Positions 1 to 12,826 of a DNA stretch of 64,000 nucleotides are shown in pieces. Made by a program: the position numbers and the translations under genes. The notes below the pieces were generated by a model, which worked only from the letters and a program-made list of their open reading frames with translations, searched no databases and was not told where the DNA came from. The stretch is from the human T2T-CHM13v2.0 reference genome, Homo sapiens: the NCBI RefSeq assembly GCF_009914755.1, contig NC_060931.1. One strand, 5' to 3'. Position 1 is the stretch's first letter; the number at the start of each line of letters is the position of its first letter.

Positions 1-150
1 TGTTCAATCCTGTATTCTCCTCTGGTCTGTGTATTCATTGATCTCTACCTTTCTCCTCTTGTATGTCTCATAGGGATTTCAAACTTGACTTGCCTTGCCC
101 CTAATATAATTCTTCTGGTATCAGTAAATATCTGGTACCAGTAAATAGCA

Positions 151-277
151 TGGCATGATCTTGACCTCCCTGGGCTCAGGTGGTCCTCCCACCTCAGCCT
201 CCCAAGTAGCTGGGACTATAGATGTGCACCACCACACCTGTCTAATTTTTTATATTTTTTGCAGAGTGGGGGTTTCA
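151..277 (-). mobile_element. Old Alu fragment (AluJ/FLAM-like)
   Basis: gggctcaggtggtcctcccacctcagcctcccaagtagctgggactata. Confidence 0.85.
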
Positions 278-289
278 GCTGGGAATCCA

Positions 290-690
290 TCCTCTAACTC
301 TACCTTCAAAATACATCCCCAAACTTACTGCTTGTCACTACTGCAGGTCCAAGTCACCATTACTTCTTGCTTCCACTTTTGCAAAAGCTGTCTCACTTGT
401 CCCATGGCTTCTACTCTGCCCTTTTATAAACGCTTCTCCAAAAAGCAGTCTTCTTAACACCACACATTCTTTCACTCCCTGCTTGACATTTCTCATCATT
501 CTCAGAGCAAAATCTACATTCTTTATTGAGGTCTACAAAGCCTTATGAGGTCTGGAGCCTGGCTGTCTCATCTTCCCACCTTCTCCTCTCCCGCCTACTC
601 ACTCTGCTTCAGTAACACTGGCTTTCTCTGCAACAGGCCAAGCTGTTTACTGCCTTTGCATTTGTTCTTTTTGTTCAGATGCTTTTCTCT
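290..690 (+). mobile_element. L2 LINE remnant
   Basis: ctaccttcaaaatacatcc...ggtccaagtcaccat..., pyrimidine-rich L2 3' region pattern. Confidence 0.6.
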
Positions 691-696
691 CCAGGT

Positions 697-780
697 AGGG
701 TAAACAGATAAAAAACAGGGTACCAGTAACAATTGAATATCAGATTAAAAAAAAAACAAATACTTTATATAAATGTATTT
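697..780 (+). mobile_element. MER53-like hAT fragment (half palindrome)
   Basis: agggtaaacagataaaaaacaggg...aattgaatatcagat resembles the recalled MER53 left arm. Confidence 0.45.
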
Positions 781-2177
781 CATACACAGAAGAGTGGCTA
801 GATACATAGCAACGATTTGATAAATGAAGAGTAGGTACTCAATAAAGCAGCACACATGGACTGGTTAGAAACACTATGAGGTATTAACTTAAAGAAGTCA
901 TTGTCACTTAAACAGGAGTACTCCCCAGTTATGATTAAGTGTTAATTTGAATAAAAATTACCACACAAGACCCATTTGTGTATTAATAACATATTTTGTC
1001 ATCTTTATACTCTACAAATGTGTTATGGAAAGAAAAATATTCTCTTTGGCCCTTATTTCACTGTTTTTATTTTTATATATAATTTTTGTTTAATTTCCTC
1101 TGTGTGATGATGAGATATGTCTGTTTCTATTTGGGAGGTGGTAGTTTAGATAAGTTATTTGGGCTCCCTGTGGTGTGCATGTCAGTTCACACTGAAAAAT
1201 GTGTCTTTTAAGTTTCCTGATCATGTCTTCCCAAGCATTTTGCATGGTGCAAGTCCATGTAATGTATTTCATAGAATCATTTCAAGTCTTATTATGGCAT
1301 ACATTCTACACAAATGCACTGATGTGGGAGGAACTCAGCATTATTTCTGTCCTATAGAGACTGAAATCCCACTGACACCATGACCAGATATAATAAATCG
1401 GTCTGATTTTTAAATGATTATTTAAGTAGAAAATAACAGATTGGTACTTTCAGTTTAGAACATTAAAATGGAAAAAGAATGCAGTGCCAATATTATATAT
1501 ATATTTATTTTAAAATATGATAAAACTAATTTTATTAGACTTCCTTATAGGGGAACCTCCCTTAAAAGACTGTGTTATTAAAGATATCAACTAAGAATTC
1601 TTTATTCCTTTCTCATTACTCTTTAAAAAATCTAAACCATAGTAAAATTCATATGGTTTTTGCCCCAAAGTTTTCTTCATACAGCATGCGTTACCAGTGG
1701 CTAAAATCTTTTGAAGTTACTGTTGCTAAACTCTTACTCTGCCTTTCTTTCCCCATTCAGAACCTGGGACAACTAATTGCATACAGTACAAGCTTAATAA
1801 TTTTTAATTTATTAAATTTAGAAGTACATGTTTCAAAAGAAAATGTTCTGGTCATTTGGCTAAAAGGTTTTTGATCTTTTTTTCTGAATTATAGCCATCA
1901 TTTAATTTCCTTCAAAATGCAAATCGCTGGTGAAGACAGCCATCAAATCATGGACTAACTTTTGAATTCAGGTAAGTCTGTACTAAAGTTACCACCAGCA
2001 ACTTTGAAGACAATCTATATTTAAAAATTTTTAGGCATGTAGATACTGCATAATAATAGGAATAATGCCCCTAGCAAATAATTTGTTCTCCGACATGTCA
2101 CCTTAACACTCTTACACATTAACTCGTGAGATAGGTAGGTAGTAGTATATTTATTCAACTCTTTAAATGTAGACAGA

Positions 2178-2995
2178 TTATGTACCCAATAATATGCTTT
2201 ATAAATTGGGTTTGCATAAAATAATAAATTTCTCAATGGACAGAATTGGCTTGCTTTACTTCTTTGATTAATAAATGTTAGCTTTTTGAGTCTTCATAAA
2301 CTTGTTATCAAAAAGTCTTGTTTGAACACTTGAGTTCTGATGAAGTCCTCATGGTATGGAGCTTCATAACTGTTTTTGTATAATCTATATCCTTCCGGAC
2401 TCTACCGGGTATAAGGGCCCCTTGGTAGGCTTTGGAGATTATACTACCATTCTACCTTGCTTGTGAGCAGAACCTAATCCAACAGAAATTGCTAGTTTTA
2501 GCCAGACTACATTGGAGCATAGACCATAACCTTTATGGTCCTTAATGTGGGAAACAACTGCCAACTAACATTTCAGTATTTTTTGTAATGATTTTTTTCA
2601 ACTTAATTGTTTCAGAGAAAATAATACTTCCTTTGATATCATTATATCAACATTCAAATAGCACTAAGTGGATTCACTGTTCTATACAGATAACTGTGTT
2701 TTTAAATACTGAAAGCATATTTTGTTAATGTAAAATATACATCATCGATATTATGTATTCCTTTGATACAATAATATAAAGGAATCTCAAATGTTTTCTT
2801 TTTGGAGATCAGAAGGATATAGATTATACTTCTACAATTATGAAGCTCCATACCATGAGGACTTCATCAAAACTCAAGCAAATGAAAAAGCTAACATTTA
2901 TTAATCAAAGAAGTAAAGCAAGTCAATAATTGTCCATTGAGAAATTTATTATTTTATGCAAACACAATTTATAAAGCATATTATCTGGTACATAA
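2178..2995. repeat. Long non-Alu inverted repeat (arms 2178-2395 and 2812-2995, loop about 415 nt)
   Basis: Manual alignment: about 104/111 and 61/67 reverse-complement identity in two blocks, separated by a 41-nt versus 6-nt asymmetric bulge. Confidence 0.95.
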
Positions 2996-3094
2996 ATATC
3001 CTAGTTGAGTCCATGGTGATATATAATTATTGCCATGATAGATTTATAATTATAGTTCAAGGAAAGTACCATAATAGGAAAATGTTATTTTGGT

Positions 3095-3110
3095 GGGGGG
3101 GGGGGGGGGG
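3095..3110 (+). repeat. G16 homopolymer
   Basis: directly visible, flanked by tggt/tggtggt. Confidence 0.95.
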
Positions 3111-3150
3111 TGGTGGTCTTAGGTTAAAAAGATTTTAAAGTCACTGTTGC

Positions 3151-3463
<313 letters not shown>

Positions 3464-4621
3464 GTTGCTATAAGTTTTTAAGAGAAAGGTAAAAAGAGAG
3501 CTGGCCTACTCAAGAGCAATACTTACATATTTTTTAGTGTAACTGATAACCTATAAATCTTATCTAAAAATTCTATGATTGACAGAAGTAAGCTTTTGAA
3601 TCAAAAGGGAAAATAAGGACAATTATAGAAATATAATTTGATTACACTTTTCTTGTGTAATGGTTGACTACCTATGAACTTCTTTCAGGAATTAATAATA
3701 ATTCAAATAATTGCCTATATATCAATTTTTAAAATGTGTATATGAAGATATTAAAGCAACGTTTCCTTACTTTGGCGTCTTTTGCCATGAAAACTATTCT
3801 TTTATTATGCCAGAAGACTTGTGGTTATTTTCTGAGACTCCCTCTGCTATTCTACTCCCCACCCTCTATCACCCCTGCCTGTGAATTCACTCCATTCATA
3901 GTAATGGCCACATCTCCATCTAGTGGCTTCCTAATCAATGACTACTTGGAAACCAATGACAAACACAACGAAAGTGCGTGCTCTAGTAATACATCATGAT
4001 GATTCCAGAGCATTAGAAAAGAAATTGCAAAACAGTAAATGAAGAACTAAATGCAAATCCAAGACCCAAAACATCTCTTTAGTAGTATTGAATAGAGAAC
4101 TCAGAAATTTCTTAAAAGGTTAATTAATAATTTTGGGCTAGATAATGTATATTAAATAAAATGAACTTAGAAACTAGAAGCACTTATTCTAAAATATTTC
4201 AATAAGAATATTTTGAGAGTAAAAAATCTAAAAAGTTATTTAAGTCAGATTTATTTTAAAAAGTAGAAAAATCTGAAAGGAATTGAAAGAGTGCATTAAA
4301 TTTGTGTTAGCATCTTTTGTAAATAAATTGAGATAACCACCTCTAAAAATTGTCATTAGGTAGTTCTCATAAAATACCATGAAGCCTGTATATCTGTCTC
4401 TGTAATGACAATTTTTACACAAAAACTTTATGAAAAATGATTTTTACATAAATATTGAATATGTTTCATTTAGGATTAGAAATGTACATGCCATTTGAAA
4501 TCAGCTATTTACAAAACAACAACATTGGTCCTGAGATTTTAATAACCTGGTTTCAGGAACATTAATATCGCAGATTTAGGAATATGGGTGATTTTCTAGA
4601 ATTTCAAGCCAAAAACAAAAA

Positions 4622-4738
4622 CTAAGAAAAATTAGAGAAAGTGACTGACCATCCACACCACATGAAAACTTGCAGTAAAATGAAGATAGGAGCTGACATC
4701 ATGGTACAGGCACGACTCGTTGTGCACTTAAGTTGATC
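4622..4738 (-). CDS. Candidate alternative terminal coding exon of CACNA2D1: DQLKCTTSRACTMMSAPIFILLQVFMWCGWSVTFSNFS* (GPI-signal-like)
   Basis: Pyrimidine tract, about 80-nt AG-free zone and TAG acceptor at 4739-4741; in frame with phase-0 exon 38; 38 aa + stop, same length as the recalled canonical last exon, with similar C/S/I/Q/W/S spacing. Confidence 0.7.
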   Translation of the reverse strand, partial: DQLKCTTSRACTMMSAPIFILLQVFMWCGWSVTFSNFS

Positions 4739-5994
4739 CTATTAATAACGGGCAAAGTAGCAAGTATAGGAAAAGGAAAGAAAACACAGAAGACATACAA
4801 GATGAGATTTCATGCAATTTGCTGGCAGTTAACGTGAGTCTCCATCCAGAGCAGATTCACAGTGACCATTGCAAATAAGCATTACCAAAATAACTCCACT
4901 GCTAAAGAAACACAAGATATTATTAGCACACCAAGCTACTGAGCAACAGTTGTACTTTCACACACAACCCATTTATAGGAGCTTCAATTGCTGAACATTT
5001 TTGTCTTGGTCAAATCCTTTTAATGGCTTGATCATAAGATATAGCCTCCTAGAATAATATTTTGGGCAATAGGCTTTTAAGTCACTTTTCAAGTTCATCT
5101 GAATTTAATATTTCTAGTGTCAAAAAACTGGTGACAAATAGTTGATGAGCGAAGTTTCTCTAATGAGTGACATGACCCTTGGCCCTTCATAAAACATTCT
5201 TTGGGGGAATAATTTTACATGGGCAACGTGCTGAAGTTGCAGTAGACAGAATAACAGGAGTCCGCCTATCTGGACTTAATATATCTTAAAAAGAAAAAAA
5301 AAACGCTTAGTTGCAATGTTGAATTACTCTCCCTAGCAAGGATCAATAATCCCTCACAGAGATAACTGGGATTGACTGGCTAATACATCTTTCATTTTTA
5401 GTCCCCATTACTGATTTTATTACTTCTTTGTGCTATTTTTAATTTATATTATCTAATTGCATAATATTATCTGTGAAAATGTTTTGTCCTTTCTGGGACA
5501 AATGCAGCTATGTATTTGAGTAGGTAAACTAAATAACTCAAATAATTTATGAGATAATGCTTTACAAGTTTGGATATTCATTGGTGTGTGCACACACTGA
5601 AGAATCAGAATTAGGAAGTATTGTATTTAAAATTAGTTAAAAAGAGGTAGACAGAGATTTTTATGTAGACTTCATCTTTGAGAATAGATTAATATTTCTT
5701 AAGAATTTTAAAAGCATAAAGCTAATGTAGTACATACTGATGACATATTACCTACCTTGTATATAATCAATACACAGTAAATCAGAATAGTATTTATTAG
5801 AGAAAGATAGCTGAACTATAGGAAAAGTAGTAAGCCATCTTTAAGTGACATATATTAAATATGATTTGTAATATTTTATCAAACCCTATGTAATTGACCT
5901 GGTCTAGTTTCAAACACTAGAAAAAGAAATTAGTACAATTAAAGGAAATAATAGAAGTCTAATATGTGATAGCATCAGAAACCATCCAAAAGAA

Positions 5995-6102
5995 ACTAGA
6001 ACTCTGTAATAATAAGACAATGGCTGTATAACAGGTTTTTCAATTCACACTAGAACTCTGTAATAATAAGACAATGGCTGTATAACAGGTTTTTCAATTC
6101 AC
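5995..6102. repeat. Perfect 54-bp tandem duplication
   Basis: actagaactctgtaataataagacaatggctgtataacaggtttttcaattcac occurs twice (5995-6048, 6049-6102). Confidence 0.97.
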
Positions 6103-6431
6103 TGAAGACAAATATAACTAACAAAAATATAATAAAATTAACTTTTATATCTTCAGGATTGGAATATAAATGGAGGCAACAAATATACCATAATTAACAT
6201 TTACTATGAGTTAAATTGATTGGAATTGTGTTTGAAAGCACAATTTCTGTGGGAAGGACATATAAAAGAAGCAACTGTCAAGTTTATGCTAACCATGAAA
6301 ACTACTGAAATGAAAAAAATCTACCAGCAAGTATGTCATGTTAATGAGAAAAACTATGGTTAAGACATTACGTTTGAGTTAAAATTGCAATTTGTATCCT
6401 TGAATTCTTGCGGACAGTGACCATTAATTTA

Positions 6432-7090
<659 letters not shown>

Positions 7091-7448
7091 TTACATATTA
7101 AAATGAAAGACAAAATATGACATCTGAAACAGAAACCATTCCCAGCACAATAGGAGTATGATTTTAGAAGAAAAAAATGCTTCATTTATTAGCATGAACG
7201 TATTACCTATGTCAAATGAATAAAAAAATTGCAATATATGTTTTATGTGTGACCATTTTAAAGTATTAATCCTCATTGCAAAATAAGCACAATTTAGTTG
7301 TTGATGTACATAGAAAAAAGTTTTTCTTTACACATACAAAGAATTGTGATGCTTATGCCAAAGTTGCCTTATTTTACAGATAACACAACAGGGAATACAA
7401 AAATGTCTAGGCATCTTGCCCAACCTAAGGGCAGAGAAAAGTCTGGAA

Positions 7449-7651
7449 CAGTGCTATTAAGCAAACTTTCTGTGAAGATGGAAAAGTTGTTCGCACTGTC
7501 CAATATGGTAAATACTAGCCACTCGAGGGTATTGGGCACTTAAAATGTGACAAGTGTGACTGAGGCACAAAATTTTAATTCTAATTAATTTAACTGTAAT
7601 TGAAATTTCAATAGCCACCTATAGGTGGTAACTACTGCACTGGGCAACACA
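7449..7651. mobile_element. MER3-like hAT-Charlie MITE
   Basis: aactttctgtgaagatggaaa...gtccaatatggta...tagccac...cacttaaaatgtg...gtgactgagg. Confidence 0.7.
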
Positions 7652-9054
7652 GACATGGACAGAATCAAGGGTTTTGAATTCCATCCCCTGTTTTGTCCAC
7701 ACCTTAAGCTGCTCTTACTTTAGTAACCAACATAAAAAATGTAAATATATCACTAAAAAAGTAATTTCTTTATCATTATACATTTTGCAGAAAAGTGGGA
7801 TTTTCTTTTTGCCCTGTTAAGCTTTGATTTCCATAAAGCAAATCAAAAGGAAAGTATGATGCAATTTAACATCTTGGTTATACTGACCTTCTTCACTTTA
7901 CAATTTAACTTACTTCTTTAAGCACACCAATTGCTCTTGCTGGATGTCAATTAATAAAAGGCCAATGTCTGTGAAACTCTGATGTATCCAATAAACATGC
8001 CACAATCCCATTTCCTGAAGTCCATAGCCTGATATGCTAATCTCCTCTAAACAAGACAGTCTGCTTTTTTTCTGAGTTCATGCTTGACTCTTCCTTCCCT
8101 TTCCTCTCCTCTTTATATACTCTACCTCCTCCTTGGAGATAGAGGTCTGCTAAAGAAAGTCATAAAACATACTGACCACGTCTCCTAAAAATTCATGATA
8201 GGTTGCTTAGCCCCTCTTGCAAAATTTTTTTTTTTAACTATTCTGGCACTTTCATAATCTCAGATTACCTCACCTCCTCCTATTTCTTCTTCCGCTATGG
8301 TAACATTTCTTCTAGAATAATCTTCCCTCCACCTCTAAAAACAAAGTGTCTCTACTCTGTGCTTTGTAAGCTGTGACTTGCTGCTCTCCTCTCAGGAATC
8401 CTGTGGCATTAATTATTACTTTCCCCTCAAAATCCCCATCTTGCCTTTCTCCTCTACCCTCATTACAACAAAATTAAATTCTCCATCTCTTTTTAAAAGA
8501 TATTTTATGGATACTGACTAACATTAACCATGACCTAAAAAAACTGTATTTTTCCCAGTTCCTTCAAATTCAAATAAAGATAACATTCAGTTCTTCAAGT
8601 CAGAGAAGACTAGAAGTAAAAACAAAACAAAACAAGACTTTTTTTTTGTAAATCTGTTTAGTTACTATATAGAAAAATAAATAATATTTGGCTTAGAATT
8701 ATTTAAATTACTAATATATTTAATAACTTTATATTAGAAATTTTTAATATGGGTTATTTTAGGAAAAAAAGTTAAAATATAATCAAATTTCTCTATGTTC
8801 TGCCTAAAGAGAAAGGAATTATCTTGATCATGTAATTATTATAGTTGAAGAAATAACAGCTTATCAAAGTTAGAATTTTAAAAATTACAAATTTTAAAAG
8901 TCTACAGAGAAACTAAAGATTGCTGACATTTTCAGCTTAAAACAATTACTCACATCTCTGACTCCAACACAATTTTCAGTTTTTTCTGTAATGATTATAA
9001 CAGTATATACAATTTCTTAATGAAATAGGACTACTCCTGAAATAAATAAATTAC

Positions 9055-9184
9055 CTGGAACAGTTTCCACAGTCTAATACACCACTGAATGATTTACTGT
9101 CGTTATCGAAGAAATACTGGGTTTGTTCAGTAATGCAGCTCTGCTTGGACAGGGAGGCCGTGAAGTCATCATCCTCCATCTCAA
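9055..9184 (-). CDS. CACNA2D1: CACNA2D1 exon ~36 (130 nt) [43 protein letters not shown](R), start of delta
   Basis: unusual aag acceptor, gtaatt donor. Confidence 0.96.
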
Positions 9185-9600
9185 CTTGGGTGGCGGGGGA
9201 CGGTGTAAAAACAAAGAACACCATTAGGAGGGGTCTCTGTAGTCACTCCCCTCGAGTCTTCACTTCTCACAGAGCAAAATAAACGTATAAGACCAGGACC
9301 CCTCGACTGGCTTGTTTACTGCTGTGTAATATCGTGGCAGCCCGTAATAGATGCCTGATAAATATCAAGAGAATAAATGAATTCAAATACAAGATGGCTA
9401 TGAGATCAGGCCCGTGTGACCTAGGTAATTTCTAAAACATTAGGAAAGGTTGGACAAAAAGTTTCTAGCTCTAAAATTATGAGATGGGTGACCTGTTTTC
9501 TCTTTCACACAAATATTCTCTGAATTTGTTGAACTTCAAGCACATCCCAAAAGAAAATTTGTATTGTTATGGCAATGACAAGGTCTGAGCATTTACATAC

Positions 9601-9656
9601 CTGCCTCAAGGAGTCGTGGAAAGGTCAAACTCAAGAGAAACTGCTGTAGAATAGAC
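9601..9656 (-). CDS. CACNA2D1: CACNA2D1 exon ~35 (56 nt) SILQQFLLSLTFPRLLEA, end of alpha2
   Basis: cag acceptor, gtatgt donor. Confidence 0.97.
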
Positions 9657-11216
9657 CTGAATTTTTCAAATAAAAAAAAAATAAACATCTAGGGAAAAAA
9701 TGTGTTTTTACATGTACCCATACACATAAATACTGTTTCCCTTTATCTTTTTGGGAAAGAAAGTCTTGGAGTGTTTTTATTTAAGTATTTTCAAAATTAT
9801 ATAACACATTGTAACCTTTTTGTAATGTGTAAAAGAAGTCATGAAATCAGAAGTGTTCAGATCTTGTTCAGGATCAAGTGGGACACAATGTGTGAAGAAA
9901 CCTAACAGGCAATGTTATCAAGCAGAAGAGTTCACTCTAAGAGGGAGAATGTCTGTTTCAGCGCGTAGGTTTTCACATTCATTACGTCTCCTTATTTTAG
10001 TTTTTAAAACCATTTGTTTTTTGGGTTTCCCCCGCCCCCAACAAAGAAACAATGCTGTTTATACCATGGGTTTGAATTTGTTAACTATTTACTTTGTAAT
10101 ATAGAATATATTTGTAAATATGTAATGTAACTTTCATGAAACAAAATATACATATTAGAGAGATACAGCACATTTCAGTTTTACAGTAACTGACAACTGA
10201 GCCAAATTTCTAGAACTGAATTTAGTTTAAAAAAAAGTGGGGGTGGGAGGGGATATAGGATAAAGCCAAGTATTTCAGGGTCATGATGAAATTTTAAAAG
10301 CCTACTGAAATTAATATATAAAATCACATCAGAAAATACCATTTTTCAGAATAAAACAGAATTTTCTAAATCTTTTAAAAACTCTCAAAATTTTAAAATC
10401 TTTTTTGCTGCTTTAATGATATAGTCACTTAATTTTAGCTGGGCAAACCTCAACATCAAATGAATATTGTACATTAATCTACATGGAATAGGGCTAACAA
10501 TACAGTGTGATGATACAAAAAAAAAGATTAGAAGGGAGAGAGGGAAGAGGGAGATCATGGATTCCAGACGTAACAGGAGGTTTAGTTACAACTAAACAAT
10601 GAGAAATGTGATCTTCCAGACCTTCCACAGTGCCACAATTGACCATTTAAATGTCTTATTTTCATAGGTTGTAGGGTCTACAGGTGAGGGTTGAGGGAGG
10701 TTTGGAAGGTAGCATCAGTGAAAAGAAATAATTAGATCCATGTCGGCAACCTGATGCCCCTAAAACAATACTAGTCCTTGTATCAATAGTAAAGAGGTAG
10801 AAGGTTGCCATCATGCCATGAATTTGATGCATGTAGACATCCAACTGGGATATTAAAGACAAATTGTAACTTCTTACAGATCAATACACCTAAAAGAAAT
10901 TAGTGTAATGTTTTTATAAATATTTAATACAAATGAAAAGAGTTTCAATAGATATGTAGAGGAAGGAAGACTCTAAAGAGGCTGAAGTTTACATCCGCAT
11001 AACATTGTTTTCATATGAGAAACTGAATAATGGTAACTTTATAGTGTTCACTTAGGAAAAACTATAAATATTACCAATAGGTGATGTAAAGAATGAAAAC
11101 AACTTAACTCCCTTAATAAAAATTTGAATATCCCCTAAATCCATATTTTCATCAGATGCTTTTTTATTTTACAACTTCTTTCTTTCATTACCAATAAAAC
11201 TAAAATTTTGACTTAC

Positions 11217-11269
11217 CAGGCAGCAGCAGTGGCCCACCAGCCAATTTGTAATATGTCTGCTACTGATGG
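11217..11269 (-). CDS. CACNA2D1: CACNA2D1 exon ~34 (53 nt) PSVADILQIGWWATAAA(W)
   Basis: tag acceptor, gtaagt donor; follows a 98-nt intron. Confidence 0.97.
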
Positions 11270-11298
11270 CTATAAAATAAAATAATAAGGTCATTTCA

Positions 11299-11625
<327 letters not shown>

Positions 11626-11810
11626 CTACAACTGAGGAGCTTAAAAACAAAAGCAAATGAGAAACGTGTATATGACACTGTGAACAAACTAAAATGAGAG
11701 TAAGTGTTCTCATTACTCAGTGGGGCTGTGTGATATTTTATTTGTGGAAAGAATGGACACACATTACTAAGCATTAAATCACAATCAAATGCTTCCCAGA
11801 TGAATAAAAC

Positions 11811-12091
11811 AGGGCCGGGGAATGGAGAGGTATAAGTGGAAGGGTACAAAGAAGCAGTTATGTAGAATGCATAAGCCTAGAGATTCAACATACAACAGAG
11901 GACTGTAGTTAATAATACTGTGTTGTCTACCAGAAATTTGATGAGAGTAGATTTTAAGTCTTCTTACCATACCGCAAAAAAGGTTAACAACCTGAGATGA
12001 TGGATATGTTAATTGGCTTGACGCAGTAATCACTTAACTATGCAAATCAAAGCTTTTTTTTGTACACCTTAAACATATACAATAAAAAAAA
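11811..12091 (+). mobile_element. Old L1M (L1MA/MB-like) 3' end
   Basis: gggtacaaag...actgtagttaataatactgt...gagagtagattttaagt...gtacaccttaaacatatacaataaaaaaa. Confidence 0.8.
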
Positions 12092-12673
12092 GATCAAATG
12101 CCCCCCTGGGGAATGGAAAAGTGGCATAAATGAGAGAGCAGGCTGGCCTAGAAAACGAACTTGTAGGGGCTGTGATGAACTGGAACAAGTCCCATCTAAA
12201 GGGGCAATCATGAGTGAATCAGCTCCACCCCATAAATCCTGTCATCCAGAAAAAAAACAAACAAAGCCCAGGGTTGAGATATTTTTGCTTTGTTTTTTCA
12301 AAAGAAAGAAGCCAGGAATGCAGATTCAGAAGTGAAATTAGTTGGCATCTACTTCAAATTTGTTAAAAATAGCCTATGTGCTGCTCATTTGCAGGTTTGA
12401 GACTAGAAATCACATCAGTTTTAACAAGCTATATATTAAATTAGATACCATCAACTGACAAATGTTGAAGTGAAAGTTTTCTAAATATCAGAAAGATTAA
12501 AAGTTCATGTCATGCTAAAATCCTTAACTGTATGTTTTAATGATACCAGTACTAAAATGTAAAATCAAATAACATAAAAACTAGACTTAGCATGCATTTC
12601 TTAATGGTTTACATAACATTAAGCATTTTACAAATTATTGTATGACAGAAATAAAACAACTCATCGATTTCTA

Positions 12674-12826
<153 letters not shown>

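Noticed and set aside
5995-6102. Tandem repeat as a CRISPR-like array
   Set aside because: Two abutting copies with no spacers, in a eukaryotic intron
10662-10862. 66-aa minus-strand ORF in intron 34 as a cryptic exon
   Set aside because: No convincing splice sites and no resemblance to alpha2delta sequence
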